DNA of 64,000 bases from an uncultured Chloroflexia bacterium (GTDB taxonomy: Bacteria; Chloroflexota; Anaerolineae; Fen-1058), in NCBI GenBank assembly GCA_963844815.1, contig CAWJPR010000003.1:146419-210418 (forward strand), read 5' to 3'. The position numbers and the translations under genes are program-made. Positions 44,248-53,946 of the stretch are shown here, piece by piece. The notes beneath the pieces are model-generated. The model saw only the letters and a list, made by a program, of their open reading frames with translations, ran no database searches and had not been told where the DNA came from. How positions within the stretch are numbered: position 1 is the stretch's first letter; the number at the start of each line of letters is the position of its first letter.

Positions 44248-45529
44248 ATGAAAACGAATCGCATACTGATTGGCGTTCTGGCGTTCATCTTGGTGGTGGC
44301 GATTGCCACCGGCGGCTACATGCTGGGCTATGCCAGCGGGCACACGGCTCAACCGGCGGCAGCCGCTGTGCCGCCTGAAACAAAACCGCCTGTATTATCC
44401 CCGGCGCCGGCCGATACGCCTGCAAAATCGGCGGTCAGTGGCGACAATGATGCGCAATCGTCTGCGCCGCAAGATCAATCGCTGAAGACGTTTTGGGAAG
44501 CGTATAACCTTCTGCAAAAGGAATACTATGGCGATGATCTCCCCAGCGGAAAGGATCTGGAGTACGATGCCATTCGCGGCTTGATTTTCGGGCTGGAAGA
44601 TCAATTCACCTCGTTTATTTCGCCGGAGGCGGCCAAGCTGATCGAAGAAGACGCCACCGGCTCGTTCAGCGGCATCGGGGCGTACGTGCAGTTAAACAAG
44701 CAGCGTGCTCTGCAGCTCACCAAGATATTCCCGGACTCGCCTGCGGAGAAAGCTGGACTGAAAGCGGGTGACCTCATCACCGAGGTGGATGGCAAATCGC
44801 TCGTGGGCGATGACCTGAATGCCCAGGTCGCCAGAGTGCGCGGTCCTGAGGGATCCACCGCGACGTTCACGATCGTGCGCGAGGGCGAAGACCAGCCGTT
44901 CAAGGTGGACATCACCCGCGCCAAGATCGCGATCAAATTGGTCGAGTCGAAGCTGCTGGACAACAACGTGGCTTACGTGTCGCTGAGCAAGTTTGATTCA
45001 TCCACGACAGCCGAGCAGCTGCAGGCGGCAGTTCAGGATGTGCTGGCGAAGAATCCCAAGGGGCTGATCGTCGACCTGCGCGACAATCCGGGCGGGTTCC
45101 TCGATCAGTCGGTTCAGGTGGCCGACATGTTCTTGAAGGACGGCGTGGTGTTATACGAGCGCTCGAAGAACGGCGACGAGCAAGTGTTTCGATCAGATGA
45201 TCGCGGCGTGGCGCAGGACGTGCCGCTGGTGGTGCTGGTCAATGGCGGTTCGGCCAGCGCGGCTGAAATCGTAGCGGGCGCCATTCAGGATCGCGGGCGC
45301 GGCGTGCTGATTGGTGAGACGACCTTTGGCAAGGGATCCGTGCAGCAGATCAATCACCTGTCCGACAGTTCGCAGCCTGCGGGTGACCATCGCGCACTGG
45401 TTTACGCCTAACAACCGGGGCATCCATGGACAAGGCATCGAGCCGGATATCACCGTGGAGCGCGGTGATGATCCCAAGGCGGATCCGCAGCTCGATCGGG
45501 CGGTGGAGTACATCCTGACCGGGAAGTAA
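44248..45529 (+). CDS. Second S41 C-terminal processing peptidase paralog, with a frameshift near 45365.
   Basis: It has a TM helix, a PDZ domain and the core VLVNGGSASAAEIVAGAIQDRGRGVLIGETTFGKGSVQ. The C-terminal tail (RVTIAHWFTPNNRGIHGQGIEPDITVE) lies in the adjacent frame. Confidence 0.8.
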
Positions 45530-45561
45530 TCACCCATTGATACTCAGTGGTTGAAATAGAA

Positions 45562-45606
45562 GACGTAGACGGCTAAAATGAATCAGCCGCTACGTCTTTT
45601 TTTGTT
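45562..45606 (+). terminator. Rho-independent terminator after the ctp pair.
   Basis: A GC-rich hairpin (gacgtagacggc...gccgctacgtc) is followed by a tttttttg run. Coordinates may be off by 1-2 nt. Confidence 0.6.
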
Positions 45607-45656
45607 TCGGGTGTATACTTAGGCCGTAGTTATGCCGCACTGCATCATAAATTACC

Positions 45657-46128
45657 ATGAACAAACCGGCGAGTGACGTCAAGGTCATTGCGACTAATCG
45701 AAAAGCCACCCACGACTATTCCATCGAAGATCGCTTCGAGGCGGGCATTGCCTTGCTGGGCACGGAGATCAAATCGATCCGGGCGGGGCAGGCTAATCTG
45801 CGCGAAGGGTACGTGCAGCCGCGCGGCAGCGAGCTGTTTCTGGTGAATGTGCATATCTCGCCGTACGATCCGGCCGGACGAGAGGGACACGATCCGCTGC
45901 GGCCGCGCAAACTGTTGTTGCACCGCAAGGAAATCGCGCGCATCCTGACCAAGCTGAAGCGAGAAGGGCTACACGTTGATTCCGCTGCGGATGTACCTGA
46001 AGAATGGCCGGGCCAAAGTAGAGATTGCGCTGGCGCGCGGCAAGCGGCAGTACGACAAGCGCCAGAGCATTGCCGCGCGCGATGCCGCCCGCCAGATCGA
46101 CCGCACGCTGAAAGGACAGCAAGAATGA
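45657..46128 (+). CDS. smpB: SsrA-binding protein SmpB, with a 1-nt insertion frameshift near 45968.
   Basis: The product reads [44 protein letters not shown]...[19 protein letters not shown]. The canonical C-terminus ([39 protein letters not shown]...) is in the +1 frame after an extra g in a ggg run. Confidence 0.85.
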
Positions 46129-46973
46129 CCGTGGCAGAGCGGATCTTGACGCCGGACAACACGCGGTTTATCGCGCCCGATGGTTCCTTGTTGAACTCGC
46201 TGGCGACGATCAACCAGTTGCCGGATGACGTCCGTGACCAGGTCTATCGGACGCTCCTGGACGATGATCTGCTCGATCGGTACGCCATCGATCGGCAGAC
46301 GCTGCGCAATCCGCGCGGCGAGCACGTGGTGACTTTTGACACTTCGCCTAACATCGGGCTGCTGGAGCTGCGTGTGTGGCGGCAGTTGACCGATCGGGAT
46401 CCGCTGCTGTACATGCAGTTGGCCGACACGACCAACAATCAGATCGTCATCCTCTTGTTCATCACCAGCAACCCCGAGGCGCCGCGCTTTTCCGTGGATC
46501 GCGATTGGGGCGGCGAGCCGACCAAGTTCGGTACCCTGTCACGCAACATTGAGGCGGAAGTGGCTGCCATGCAAGCGGGACTCTCACCGGGACAGGTGCG
46601 GCAGGGGCTGCGCATGGCGCGCAAGATGATGCCCAACTTCGAGCGCTTTATTGCGCGGCTGGGCCATGAGCTGTTCCTCATGGAGCCGCTGGCCTATCAT
46701 TCAGCCATTTTGTTTGAAAGCTTTGGTTGTGCTTACAGCCAGGGGCGGCGGCGTATGGAGCGCACTCATCAGGGATTCCAGCCGGGCGGAGAATATTTCG
46801 TGCGGCTCGATGATTCCACGCCCTTCCGCCGGCCCGGCGCCGAGAAAACCGTGCGCGGCCGCTCGTGGGCCATTCACGATGGTATTCTGGGCGAGCCCTA
46901 CACTGATTACCACATGTACAAGCACGTCGGCAAGCAGGCGGACGTGTGCACGTTTCCGCAGTACGTGTGGTAG
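46125..46973 (+). CDS. Conserved hypothetical protein, translationally coupled to smpB by an ATGA overlap.
   Basis: A 282-aa product beginning [21 protein letters not shown]... with good codon usage. No recognisable family. Confidence 0.55.
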   Translation: MTVAERILTPDNTRFIAPDGSLLNSLATINQLPDDVRDQVYRTLLDDDLLDRYAIDRQTLRNPRGEHVVTFDTSPNIGLLELRVWRQLTDRDPLLYMQLADTTNNQIVILLFITSNPEAPRFSVDRDWGGEPTKFGTLSRNIEAEVAAMQAGLSPGQVRQGLRMARKMMPNFERFIARLGHELFLMEPLAYHSAILFESFGCAYSQGRRRMERTHQGFQPGGEYFVRLDDSTPFRRPGAEKTVRGRSWAIHDGILGEPYTDYHMYKHVGKQADVCTFPQYVW

Positions 46974-47001
46974 GGAGTTGAGAACGCTGCGTTTCGCCGC
47001 T

Positions 47002-47325
47002 CTAAGGCGCTCGCTCGATCAACCGCGTTGCCCCGATCGTTATTACCATCCATCCGACGAACAGCACCAGCAGGTTTAATCCCAGCCAACCCAGCGAAGA
47101 CCACTCGGACGAACTTGACTGCGAACGGCGTTCGGCAAACAACAGGTCGAGCATATTCGCGGCCGGGCGCGAGCATATGAACAAGCCCAGCAGTACGCCG
47201 ATGACACCCTCGAGCCGGGGAATGCCCGTGATCGTGCGTTGCGTGACCAGCCAGCCGCCGTAGAACAGCGCCAGCACCACGGCCATGCCCAGGGTTTTGT
47301 AATTGCGCCCACGCGGCTGTTCCAT
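47002..47325 (-). CDS. Small membrane protein.
   Basis: Two to three hydrophobic helices are predicted. The start is uncertain. Confidence 0.35.
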   Translation of the reverse strand: MEQPRGRNYKTLGMAVVLALFYGGWLVTQRTITGIPRLEGVIGVLLGLFICSRPAANMLDLLFAERRSQSSSSEWSSLGWLGLNLLVLFVGWMVITIGATRLIERAP

Positions 47326-47409
47326 GCCTGAAGCATAACACAAAAGAAACCGGGTTTCTCCGTTTGAGTCGGCCGGGGCAAACAAGGTGGAGAAACCCGG
47401 TTTCTACTA

Positions 47410-48519
47410 CTATCGCTTATCTATCAGCCACAGGTTGCGCAGCGCCAGGCGCCAGCGGGGATCAGACAACAGATCGGTGTTGTCGCTGACTTGATCGATG
47501 CTGCCGATCACTGGAAAGCGGGTCAGGCGGCGCACTGCGGGATCAGCAATGCGGGTGCAGATGGCGTCGCTGAACTTCCCGCCCCAGATCACGCGGAACG
47601 GGCGGCCAAAGAAGAGCGTGGTCTTTTCCGGCAATATTTCGGTAATACCCAGCTCGTTGTGCCACGCGGCAAGATATTCGTAAGCCACGCACAGCTGCTC
47701 CTCACGTTCCTGCCAACTGCCGGCGGATAGCGCTTGCTGCAAGACTGGCGCCAGGCTTGCGGCGCGGCTCAATTGCTTGAAGGCCGTGCCAAACCACTTG
47801 GGATAGGGAGCGTACTGCCGCTCCATCAAGAAGCACAGGCGCATGACATCGCGTACCAGGCGCGCGCCGATCAAGGCGGCACCGATTTCGTCCCCGGCAC
47901 ATCCGGCGCGCCCCATCAAATGTTCTTCTTGCCCGAGACGGGCCCAGCCCGCCGCCAGCAAATACAGCCACACCTCGTGCGGATAGTAGGCGAAACGCTC
48001 GCGCGCCGCTTGCAGCCCGATTCCGTCATGAAAGACCGCTCCCGATACGAGCGCGCGCAGCTTCTGCTCGGGAAATGTCAGCCAATCGACGGTCTCGATC
48101 TCAAGGTCAATATCAAAGTTCAAGTAATCCAGCCAGAAACCGCGCACGGTAAGAAGGTCCACGCGATGATTGATCGGGCCGGTGTCTGCGGCCTGCAGCA
48201 GCTGTGTGCCGCTGTCTTCGAGATTCGGCGGCGTGAAGTTGGTGGGATAGCCCTGAAACGTGCGCGGCAGTTGTTCGCCAAGCGATCGGCGCAGCGCGGT
48301 ATGATAACGGGCGTGATCCGCTGCGCGCAGGAACAGCATCACCCGCGGTCCCCAGTGATGATCGCTCGACATTTCGGTGTCGAAGCCCAACACCTCCGAT
48401 CCGCTGCCGATGAGTGCTGCGCTGTATGGCACACCCTGATACTCTGCCGCCAGAATGGGCGCCACCGCTTCACCAAAGAATTCCGCGCTTAAGCGCAAGC
48501 CGGGAATAAAATTGGTCAT
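47410..48519 (-). CDS. DUF4037 domain protein (nucleotidyltransferase-like).
   Basis: The pattern GSGSEVLGFDTEMSSDHHWGPR is present. An AGGAGGA ribosome-binding site precedes the ATG. Confidence 0.55.
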   Translation of the reverse strand: MTNFIPGLRLSAEFFGEAVAPILAAEYQGVPYSAALIGSGSEVLGFDTEMSSDHHWGPRVMLFLRAADHARYHTALRRSLGEQLPRTFQGYPTNFTPPNLEDSGTQLLQAADTGPINHRVDLLTVRGFWLDYLNFDIDLEIETVDWLTFPEQKLRALVSGAVFHDGIGLQAARERFAYYPHEVWLYLLAAGWARLGQEEHLMGRAGCAGDEIGAALIGARLVRDVMRLCFLMERQYAPYPKWFGTAFKQLSRAASLAPVLQQALSAGSWQEREEQLCVAYEYLAAWHNELGITEILPEKTTLFFGRPFRVIWGGKFSDAICTRIADPAVRRLTRFPVIGSIDQVSDNTDLLSDPRWRLALRNLWLIDKR

Positions 48520-48611
48520 GATCCTCCTGCTCGAGAACGAAGACGCCCGGCTGCCGGCAGCCTCTGGCAGCCGGGCGTCTCCGCCCTTCAATCAAAAACC
48601 GCGTGCGCTGC

Positions 48612-49028
48612 TCAGACGATCCGAAGCGCGTCGCCTACTTTGATCTCCCCGCCCTCGATGACCTTGAACAGCGTTCCCCGCTTGCCGCCCATCGCGGCGC
48701 GCAGGCCGGGCTGCTTATCCTCGATGAACTGGCAAGGCAGGCAGTCGAGCGTGGCTTCGAGCAGGGCCAGGCCCACGCGAACCCGGGTGCCGGGCGCCGT
48801 CCCGGCGAGTTGGATGCCCTGCACGGTAATATTCTCGCGCACATCACCGACGGGCAGTTGAAACTCATCCAGCAGTTCGCGCTCGATGATCAACACCTGG
48901 CGCCGGCTGCGCCCTGCGTTCGCATCGTCTTTCAGGCCGTAGCCGGCAACCGCCACGATAGAAGGCACCGGCTTCATCGGTGCGCCTGCCGCGGGTTTGA
49001 TCTGCAGGTGAACGATGGTAGCTGACAT
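48612..49028 (-). CDS. MOSC domain-containing protein.
   Basis: A conserved Cys pattern (LDCLPCQ) is present in a 138-aa product. A GGGAGGGG ribosome-binding site precedes the start. Confidence 0.6.
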   Translation of the reverse strand: MSATIVHLQIKPAAGAPMKPVPSIVAVAGYGLKDDANAGRSRRQVLIIERELLDEFQLPVGDVRENITVQGIQLAGTAPGTRVRVGLALLEATLDCLPCQFIEDKQPGLRAAMGGKRGTLFKVIEGGEIKVGDALRIV

Positions 49029-49116
49029 GATCCCCTCCCGGTTGTGAAGAATTGACAACCAGATAACAAGTATCGAGCACTGCGTAATACCAGCGGTTAC
49101 TTGTTACTCGTCACGC

Positions 49117-50454
49117 TTACGCGACTTCCAGGTAACGCTCCAATTCCCACTGCGACACACGGATGCGATACTCGTCCCACTCTTCTTGCTTGACGCGCAG
49201 GTAGTCTTCATACGAACGTTCGCCCAGGACGCCGCGCACCACCTCGTCCTGCTCCAGTTCCAGCAGAGATTCTTCCAGTGTGCCCGGCAGCACCGCAATG
49301 CCGCGTTCCCTCAACTCGGCGGGCGTGAAATGATACACGTCAATGTTGTTGACGTTGGGCGGCGGCGTCAGTTTCTTCTCGATGCCGTCCAGACCGGCGG
49401 CCAGGATCGCCGCGAACGCCAGGTACGGGTTGCACGACGGATCGGGGAAGCGCAGCTCGATGCGCGTGGCCTGATCGTTGCCCGACGTATAGCGCGGAAT
49501 GCGGATGAGCGCCGATCGGTTCATCTGCGCCCAGCAGACGTAGACCGGCGCTTCATAGCCGGGGACCAGGCGCTTATAGGAGTTCACGGTTGGCGCGACG
49601 ATGGCGGCTAAGGCGCGCGCGTGCTTCAACTGCCCGGCCAGATACGCATAGGCGATCGGGCTTAACTTGAACGCATCGTCGGGATCGAAGAACATGTTCT
49701 GGCCGTCCAGCGAGAACAAACTCTGATGTGTGTGCATGCCTGATCCATTGATGCCAAAGATGGGCTTGGGCATGAATGTCGCCAGCAGATCGTGGGCATT
49801 GGCCACCGCTTTGACCACGTACTTGAACGTCACCGAGTTGTCGGCGGTGCGCAGCGCGTCGGCATACTTGAAATCGATCTCGTGCTGACCCAGCGCCACC
49901 TCATGATGGCTCATCTCCACTTCCAGCCCCATCGCCTCCAGCGCCAGCACGATGGCATTGCGCACGCGCTGCGCTTCATCGCTGGCCGAGAAATCGAAGT
50001 AGCTGCCCACGTCGTGCGGCACCGCCTGCACCGCGCCGCCGTTGGTTGGCCGCAGCAAAAAGAATTCCAATTCGGGCCCCACGTTGAAGGCATAGCCCAG
50101 CTCTTTCGCCCGGGTGAGTTGCTTCTTCAAGATGTAGCGCGGATCGCCGTCAAAGGGCGTGCCGTCCATGTTGTAGATGTCGCACAGCACGCGGGCGCGG
50201 CGGCGCTCCGGCGCGCTCCACGGCAGAATCTGGTACGTGCCGGCATCCAGGTGCAGGTGCATGTCGCTTTCCTGAATGCGCGCAAACCCCTCAACCGACG
50301 AACCGTCGAACCACACACCCTGCTCCAGCGCGTTCGGCACGCGATGCGCTGGAATATCGACGCTCTTCACCGTGCCCAGCAGGTCGGTGAATTGTAGCGA
50401 GAGGAACTTCACGCCGTCTGCTTCAATCCGTTTGATCAACTCCTGGTTTTGCAT
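49117..50454 (-). CDS. glnA: Glutamine synthetase, type I.
   Basis: A beta-grasp N-domain and catalytic motifs typical of GSI are present in a 445-aa product. A ribosome-binding site (GGGAGACGAG) precedes MQNQELIKRI. Confidence 0.88.
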   Translation of the reverse strand: MQNQELIKRIEADGVKFLSLQFTDLLGTVKSVDIPAHRVPNALEQGVWFDGSSVEGFARIQESDMHLHLDAGTYQILPWSAPERRRARVLCDIYNMDGTPFDGDPRYILKKQLTRAKELGYAFNVGPELEFFLLRPTNGGAVQAVPHDVGSYFDFSASDEAQRVRNAIVLALEAMGLEVEMSHHEVALGQHEIDFKYADALRTADNSVTFKYVVKAVANAHDLLATFMPKPIFGINGSGMHTHQSLFSLDGQNMFFDPDDAFKLSPIAYAYLAGQLKHARALAAIVAPTVNSYKRLVPGYEAPVYVCWAQMNRSALIRIPRYTSGNDQATRIELRFPDPSCNPYLAFAAILAAGLDGIEKKLTPPPNVNNIDVYHFTPAELRERGIAVLPGTLEESLLELEQDEVVRGVLGERSYEDYLRVKQEEWDEYRIRVSQWELERYLEVA

Positions 50455-50761
50455 GATCTCGTCTCCCTGAAAAAATGAACGCACCGACGGTTAAGTAGCG
50501 AAACGCCATTCGCTAATCCGGGGGTGCGTGGCACGGATTATACCGCCGATGTCAGTTTTGCGTGAGGGGTGCATATTCTTTGCACCGTAAATGCTTCTCG
50601 GCTGCTTCGGCAGTCTGCACTGGGCCGTCAGACCCGATTCACGTCCGGCTGAGACATCGCGGCGCAGCGTAGTCGATCTGGTAGCTCGTTTGATCGAGCT
50701 GCGTGGCGTATTGGCAGTTTCACAAACTTCTTGACAAGCGAACCTGGAGTGATACAATAAT

Positions 50762-50790
50762 ATATGACCAAAATGTTTTTATAGTCATAT
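50762..50790. promoter_or_regulatory. Perfect 7-bp inverted repeat, ATATGAC-N15-GTCATAT, 18 bp upstream of the TetR start. It is a candidate TetR operator and promoter.
   Basis: The inverted repeat is read directly from the sequence. It is AT-rich and overlaps TATAGT-like -10 hexamers. Confidence 0.5.
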
Positions 50791-50807
50791 AAAGATTGAG
50801 GTCGGCC

Positions 50808-51464
50808 ATGCCAAAAGGGTTTACGGAATACGAAAAGGAATTGATCCGCAAGCGGCTCATCGAGCAGGGGTACAAGCAGTTTTCTGCTTACGGATTGAAA
50901 AAGACCAAAGTGGAAGAACTGGCTGAAGCAGCCAAGATTTCCAAAGGAGCGTTCTACCTTTTCTACGAGTCCAAAGAAGCGCTCTTTATGGATGTCGCAG
51001 AACTGGCCGAACAACGCTACCGACAGGAAATATTGGCAACGATTGCCCTGCCAGGGCCATCGCCCCGAGCTCGCCTGCTGGCTGTTTTCAAGAAAGCATT
51101 AGCCCTTTTGAAAAAGATTCCCATTTTGCAGTTTTTCACGAGCAGTGATTATGACCTGCTCTTTCGCAGAATTCCTGCAGAAAAACTCCAGGAGCACCTG
51201 GCCAGCGATCGAATGTTCTTCGAAGAACTGGTCACTCGCTGCCAGAATGCGGGCATACCTATCGTGGCACGGCCCGAGGAGATCAGCAGCCTGTTGTATC
51301 CACTCGTTCTGGCCATCATGCATGAGGACGATTTGAGTCTGACAAACTTTAGTGGCAGTATCGATTTGCTGCTGGAACTGGTCGCGGCTTTCTGTCTGGG
51401 CGAGGTTGAGATCCAGATTCAAAAACCACTCGCCCCGCACCGGATGCGGAAAACGAGAGCCTAA
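50808..51464 (+). CDS. TetR/AcrR-family transcriptional regulator.
   Basis: A TetR helix-turn-helix is present (YKQFSAYGLKKTKVEELAEAAKISKGAFYLFYESKEALF). A GAGGT ribosome-binding site precedes it. The GC content is distinctly lower than the flanks. Confidence 0.82.
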   Translation: MPKGFTEYEKELIRKRLIEQGYKQFSAYGLKKTKVEELAEAAKISKGAFYLFYESKEALFMDVAELAEQRYRQEILATIALPGPSPRARLLAVFKKALALLKKIPILQFFTSSDYDLLFRRIPAEKLQEHLASDRMFFEELVTRCQNAGIPIVARPEEISSLLYPLVLAIMHEDDLSLTNFSGSIDLLLELVAAFCLGEVEIQIQKPLAPHRMRKTRA

Positions 51465-51466
51465 CA

Positions 51467-52395
51467 TGAACCTGGCGATTGAAACAGAGGACCTCGGGAA
51501 ATACTACCGAGACGTAAAGGCCGTCGAGCACCTTTCCCTGCGGGTCGCCGAGGGAGAAATTTACGCTTTCCTTGGCCTCAATGGCGCAGGAAAAACGACC
51601 ACGATCCGCATGTTGCTGGGGATGATCAAACCCACCACCGGGTATGCCAAGGTGCTTCAAACGAGGGTACGCATAGGGAATCGGGAACCCTGGGAATCGG
51701 TGGGGTATCTGGTAGAGATACCCCACAGCTATCCAGAGTTAACCGTCTACGAGAACCTGGAGGTTGCCCGCCGCTTACATCCGGGCACGCCACGAGAGGC
51801 AGTCGGGCAAATCATCGAGCGCATGGGGTTGGCCGCTTATGCGGATCGGCGGACGGGCAACCTTTCTCAAGGCAATGCACAACGACTGGGATTGGCCAAA
51901 GCCCTATTGCATAGTCCCAAACTGCTTCTTCTGGACGAGCCTGCCAACGGACTTGATCCGGCCGGGATCATCGAGATCCGCGAACTCTTGCTCGAGCTGA
52001 CTCGCGAGCAGGGCGTGACGGTCTTCATGTCGAGCCACATCCTGGCTGAGGTCTCACGCCTCGCCCAGCGGATTGGGATCATTCACAAGGGCCGCTTACT
52101 CCAGGAATCAAACATCGACGAACTGGAACGGAATCGCCGGCGGCGCTTGTTGATACACGCCCGTAACGCCGAGTCAGCCCAGCGGGCGTTGTTGGCCGCC
52201 GGACACGCGGCCCATATTCTAGAAGATGGCACGATTGAGATCAAAAGCGCGTTTGCGCTAGAACGACCCGATGAGATCAACTGCTTGCTGGTCCAGGCCG
52301 GCAGCGCACCCACTCAATTCATGATTGAGGAGGAAGAGCTGGAACAGTATTTCATCAGGCTGGTTGGTGGGAATGGAGAACTGCATCATGACTGA
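51467..52395 (+). CDS. ABC transporter ATP-binding protein (ABC-2/bacitracin-type).
   Basis: Walker A (GLNGAGKTT), signature (LSQGNAQRL) and Walker B (LLLLDEP) motifs are all present. Confidence 0.85.
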
Positions 52396-53167
52396 CTTCC
52401 GGGATATGCTGTGGATCGAGCTGCGTAAGGCCATTCGTTCACGCCTGCCGTTGTGGACGGCTATCGGTTACCTATTCATGCCGGTGGGCATGACCTTTCT
52501 CATCTTTATGGCCAGGAATCCTGAGATTTCCCGGCAGCTGGGTCTGATGAGCGCCAAAGCGAACTTGGTCGCTTATTCCGCTACCGACTGGTCCGCTTAC
52601 TTGAGCCTGTTTGCGCAGATCATCGCCGCGGGCGGTTTCATGTTTTCGGTTTTTGCCGTGAGCTGGATGTTTGGCCGCGAGTTCGCCGATGGCACGCTGA
52701 AAGATATGCTGGCGGTGCCTGTGCCGCGTGGCAGCATTCTCCTGGCGAAATTTGTCATCGTCGCTGCGTGGTCGGCGGCACTGGTTGTGCTGGTGTTCGT
52801 CGTCAGCCTGATCATGGGCACGCTGCTGCAATTACCCGGTGACATGCTGAGCATTATTCAGCAACGCATTACGCCCATCGCAATAACGGCCTGTCTGATG
52901 ATTGCGGTGGTCGTGCCCTTCGCGCTCTTTGCCAGCGTAGGGCGAGGTTATCTGCTGCCAGTGGGGGTGGCGATCCTCGCGCTGATCATGGCAAACCTGG
53001 TGGTGGTAGCAGGGTGGGGCGAATACTTCCCCTGGGCAGTGCCCATGCTCCATGCACAGGGAAAAAGCCCCCTGACGCCGATTAGCTATGGGATCGTATT
53101 TCTGACCGGTCTGGCGGGGATGATCGGGACGTATCTCTGGTGGAAATTCGCCGATCAGAACCGTTAG
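52388..53167 (+). CDS. ABC-2 family transporter permease.
   Basis: Six predicted TM helices. The start overlaps the ATPase stop by 8 nt. Confidence 0.72.
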   Translation: MTDFRDMLWIELRKAIRSRLPLWTAIGYLFMPVGMTFLIFMARNPEISRQLGLMSAKANLVAYSATDWSAYLSLFAQIIAAGGFMFSVFAVSWMFGREFADGTLKDMLAVPVPRGSILLAKFVIVAAWSAALVVLVFVVSLIMGTLLQLPGDMLSIIQQRITPIAITACLMIAVVVPFALFASVGRGYLLPVGVAILALIMANLVVVAGWGEYFPWAVPMLHAQGKSPLTPISYGIVFLTGLAGMIGTYLWWKFADQNR

Positions 53168-53257
53168 CCACGTGATGCAAACTGCCGTCTGCCGATACGG
53201 TGCGCGCGACATGGTTGCATGCCGCCAACGCGGATTCCGAGAGCCCAGAAAGCGCGT

Positions 53258-53929
53258 TTACTTGGGAATTCTGGTTACAAACATCGTGAAGAGAGTCGAG
53301 CGAGCGTTTGGAGAAAAGCAGTGACCGTAGAAGAACGGAAAGCTTAATGGAATGTTCAACGACGCGTTATCGCCGGTCAGGTTGACCCTGGCAATCAGCT
53401 GTGTTTGCTTGAGCGGCGTACACCAGTTGCCCCAATCGAACATGAGCATAGCGGCTTCGCCGGGCCTTAAATACATTTTCAATGGTTCACCGCTTGGACT
53501 CGTAGCAGTCTCCACAGGCGGAGAATAGTCAACAGGTAACGTTTCCCCTTGAGCATCAACCAATTGGACCTTGAAGGGTGGCTGCAAAACGCAGCCCATG
53601 TGGCTGGTATTGGTCATCGGCAAGTAGACAAAATCGTGCTGCGTTGCGCCGCCCATTGTGCCTTCGCCCGACGTCAGGTTTGCTGCTGAGCACGGGCGCG
53701 CGTCAGCCGGAATAACTGGTGTCGGCTCCGCGAGTGGCTGCGCCTGTGCTGTTAGCAACAAGGAATCGACTTTCTCAGAGATCGTCGCAGTTGGAGTAGC
53801 AAGAGGCGATGTTAAAAGAGGACTGAGTGGTGATGTTAGCCGAGAGACCGATGTCTGAATGTAGGTATTACAGGCCGGCAGCCAACTGAAGAGCGCACAC
53901 AATATTCCGCACAAGAACCATTTGCGCAT
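53258..53929 (-). CDS. Secreted lipoprotein, DUF4232-like.
   Basis: A signal peptide with a lipobox (ILCALFSWLPAC) and a conserved Cys pattern are present. The GC content is lower than the flanks. Confidence 0.5.
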   Translation of the reverse strand: MRKWFLCGILCALFSWLPACNTYIQTSVSRLTSPLSPLLTSPLATPTATISEKVDSLLLTAQAQPLAEPTPVIPADARPCSAANLTSGEGTMGGATQHDFVYLPMTNTSHMGCVLQPPFKVQLVDAQGETLPVDYSPPVETATSPSGEPLKMYLRPGEAAMLMFDWGNWCTPLKQTQLIARVNLTGDNASLNIPLSFPFFYGHCFSPNARSTLFTMFVTRIPK

Positions 53930-53946
53930 GACACAACCCGCTCAAA

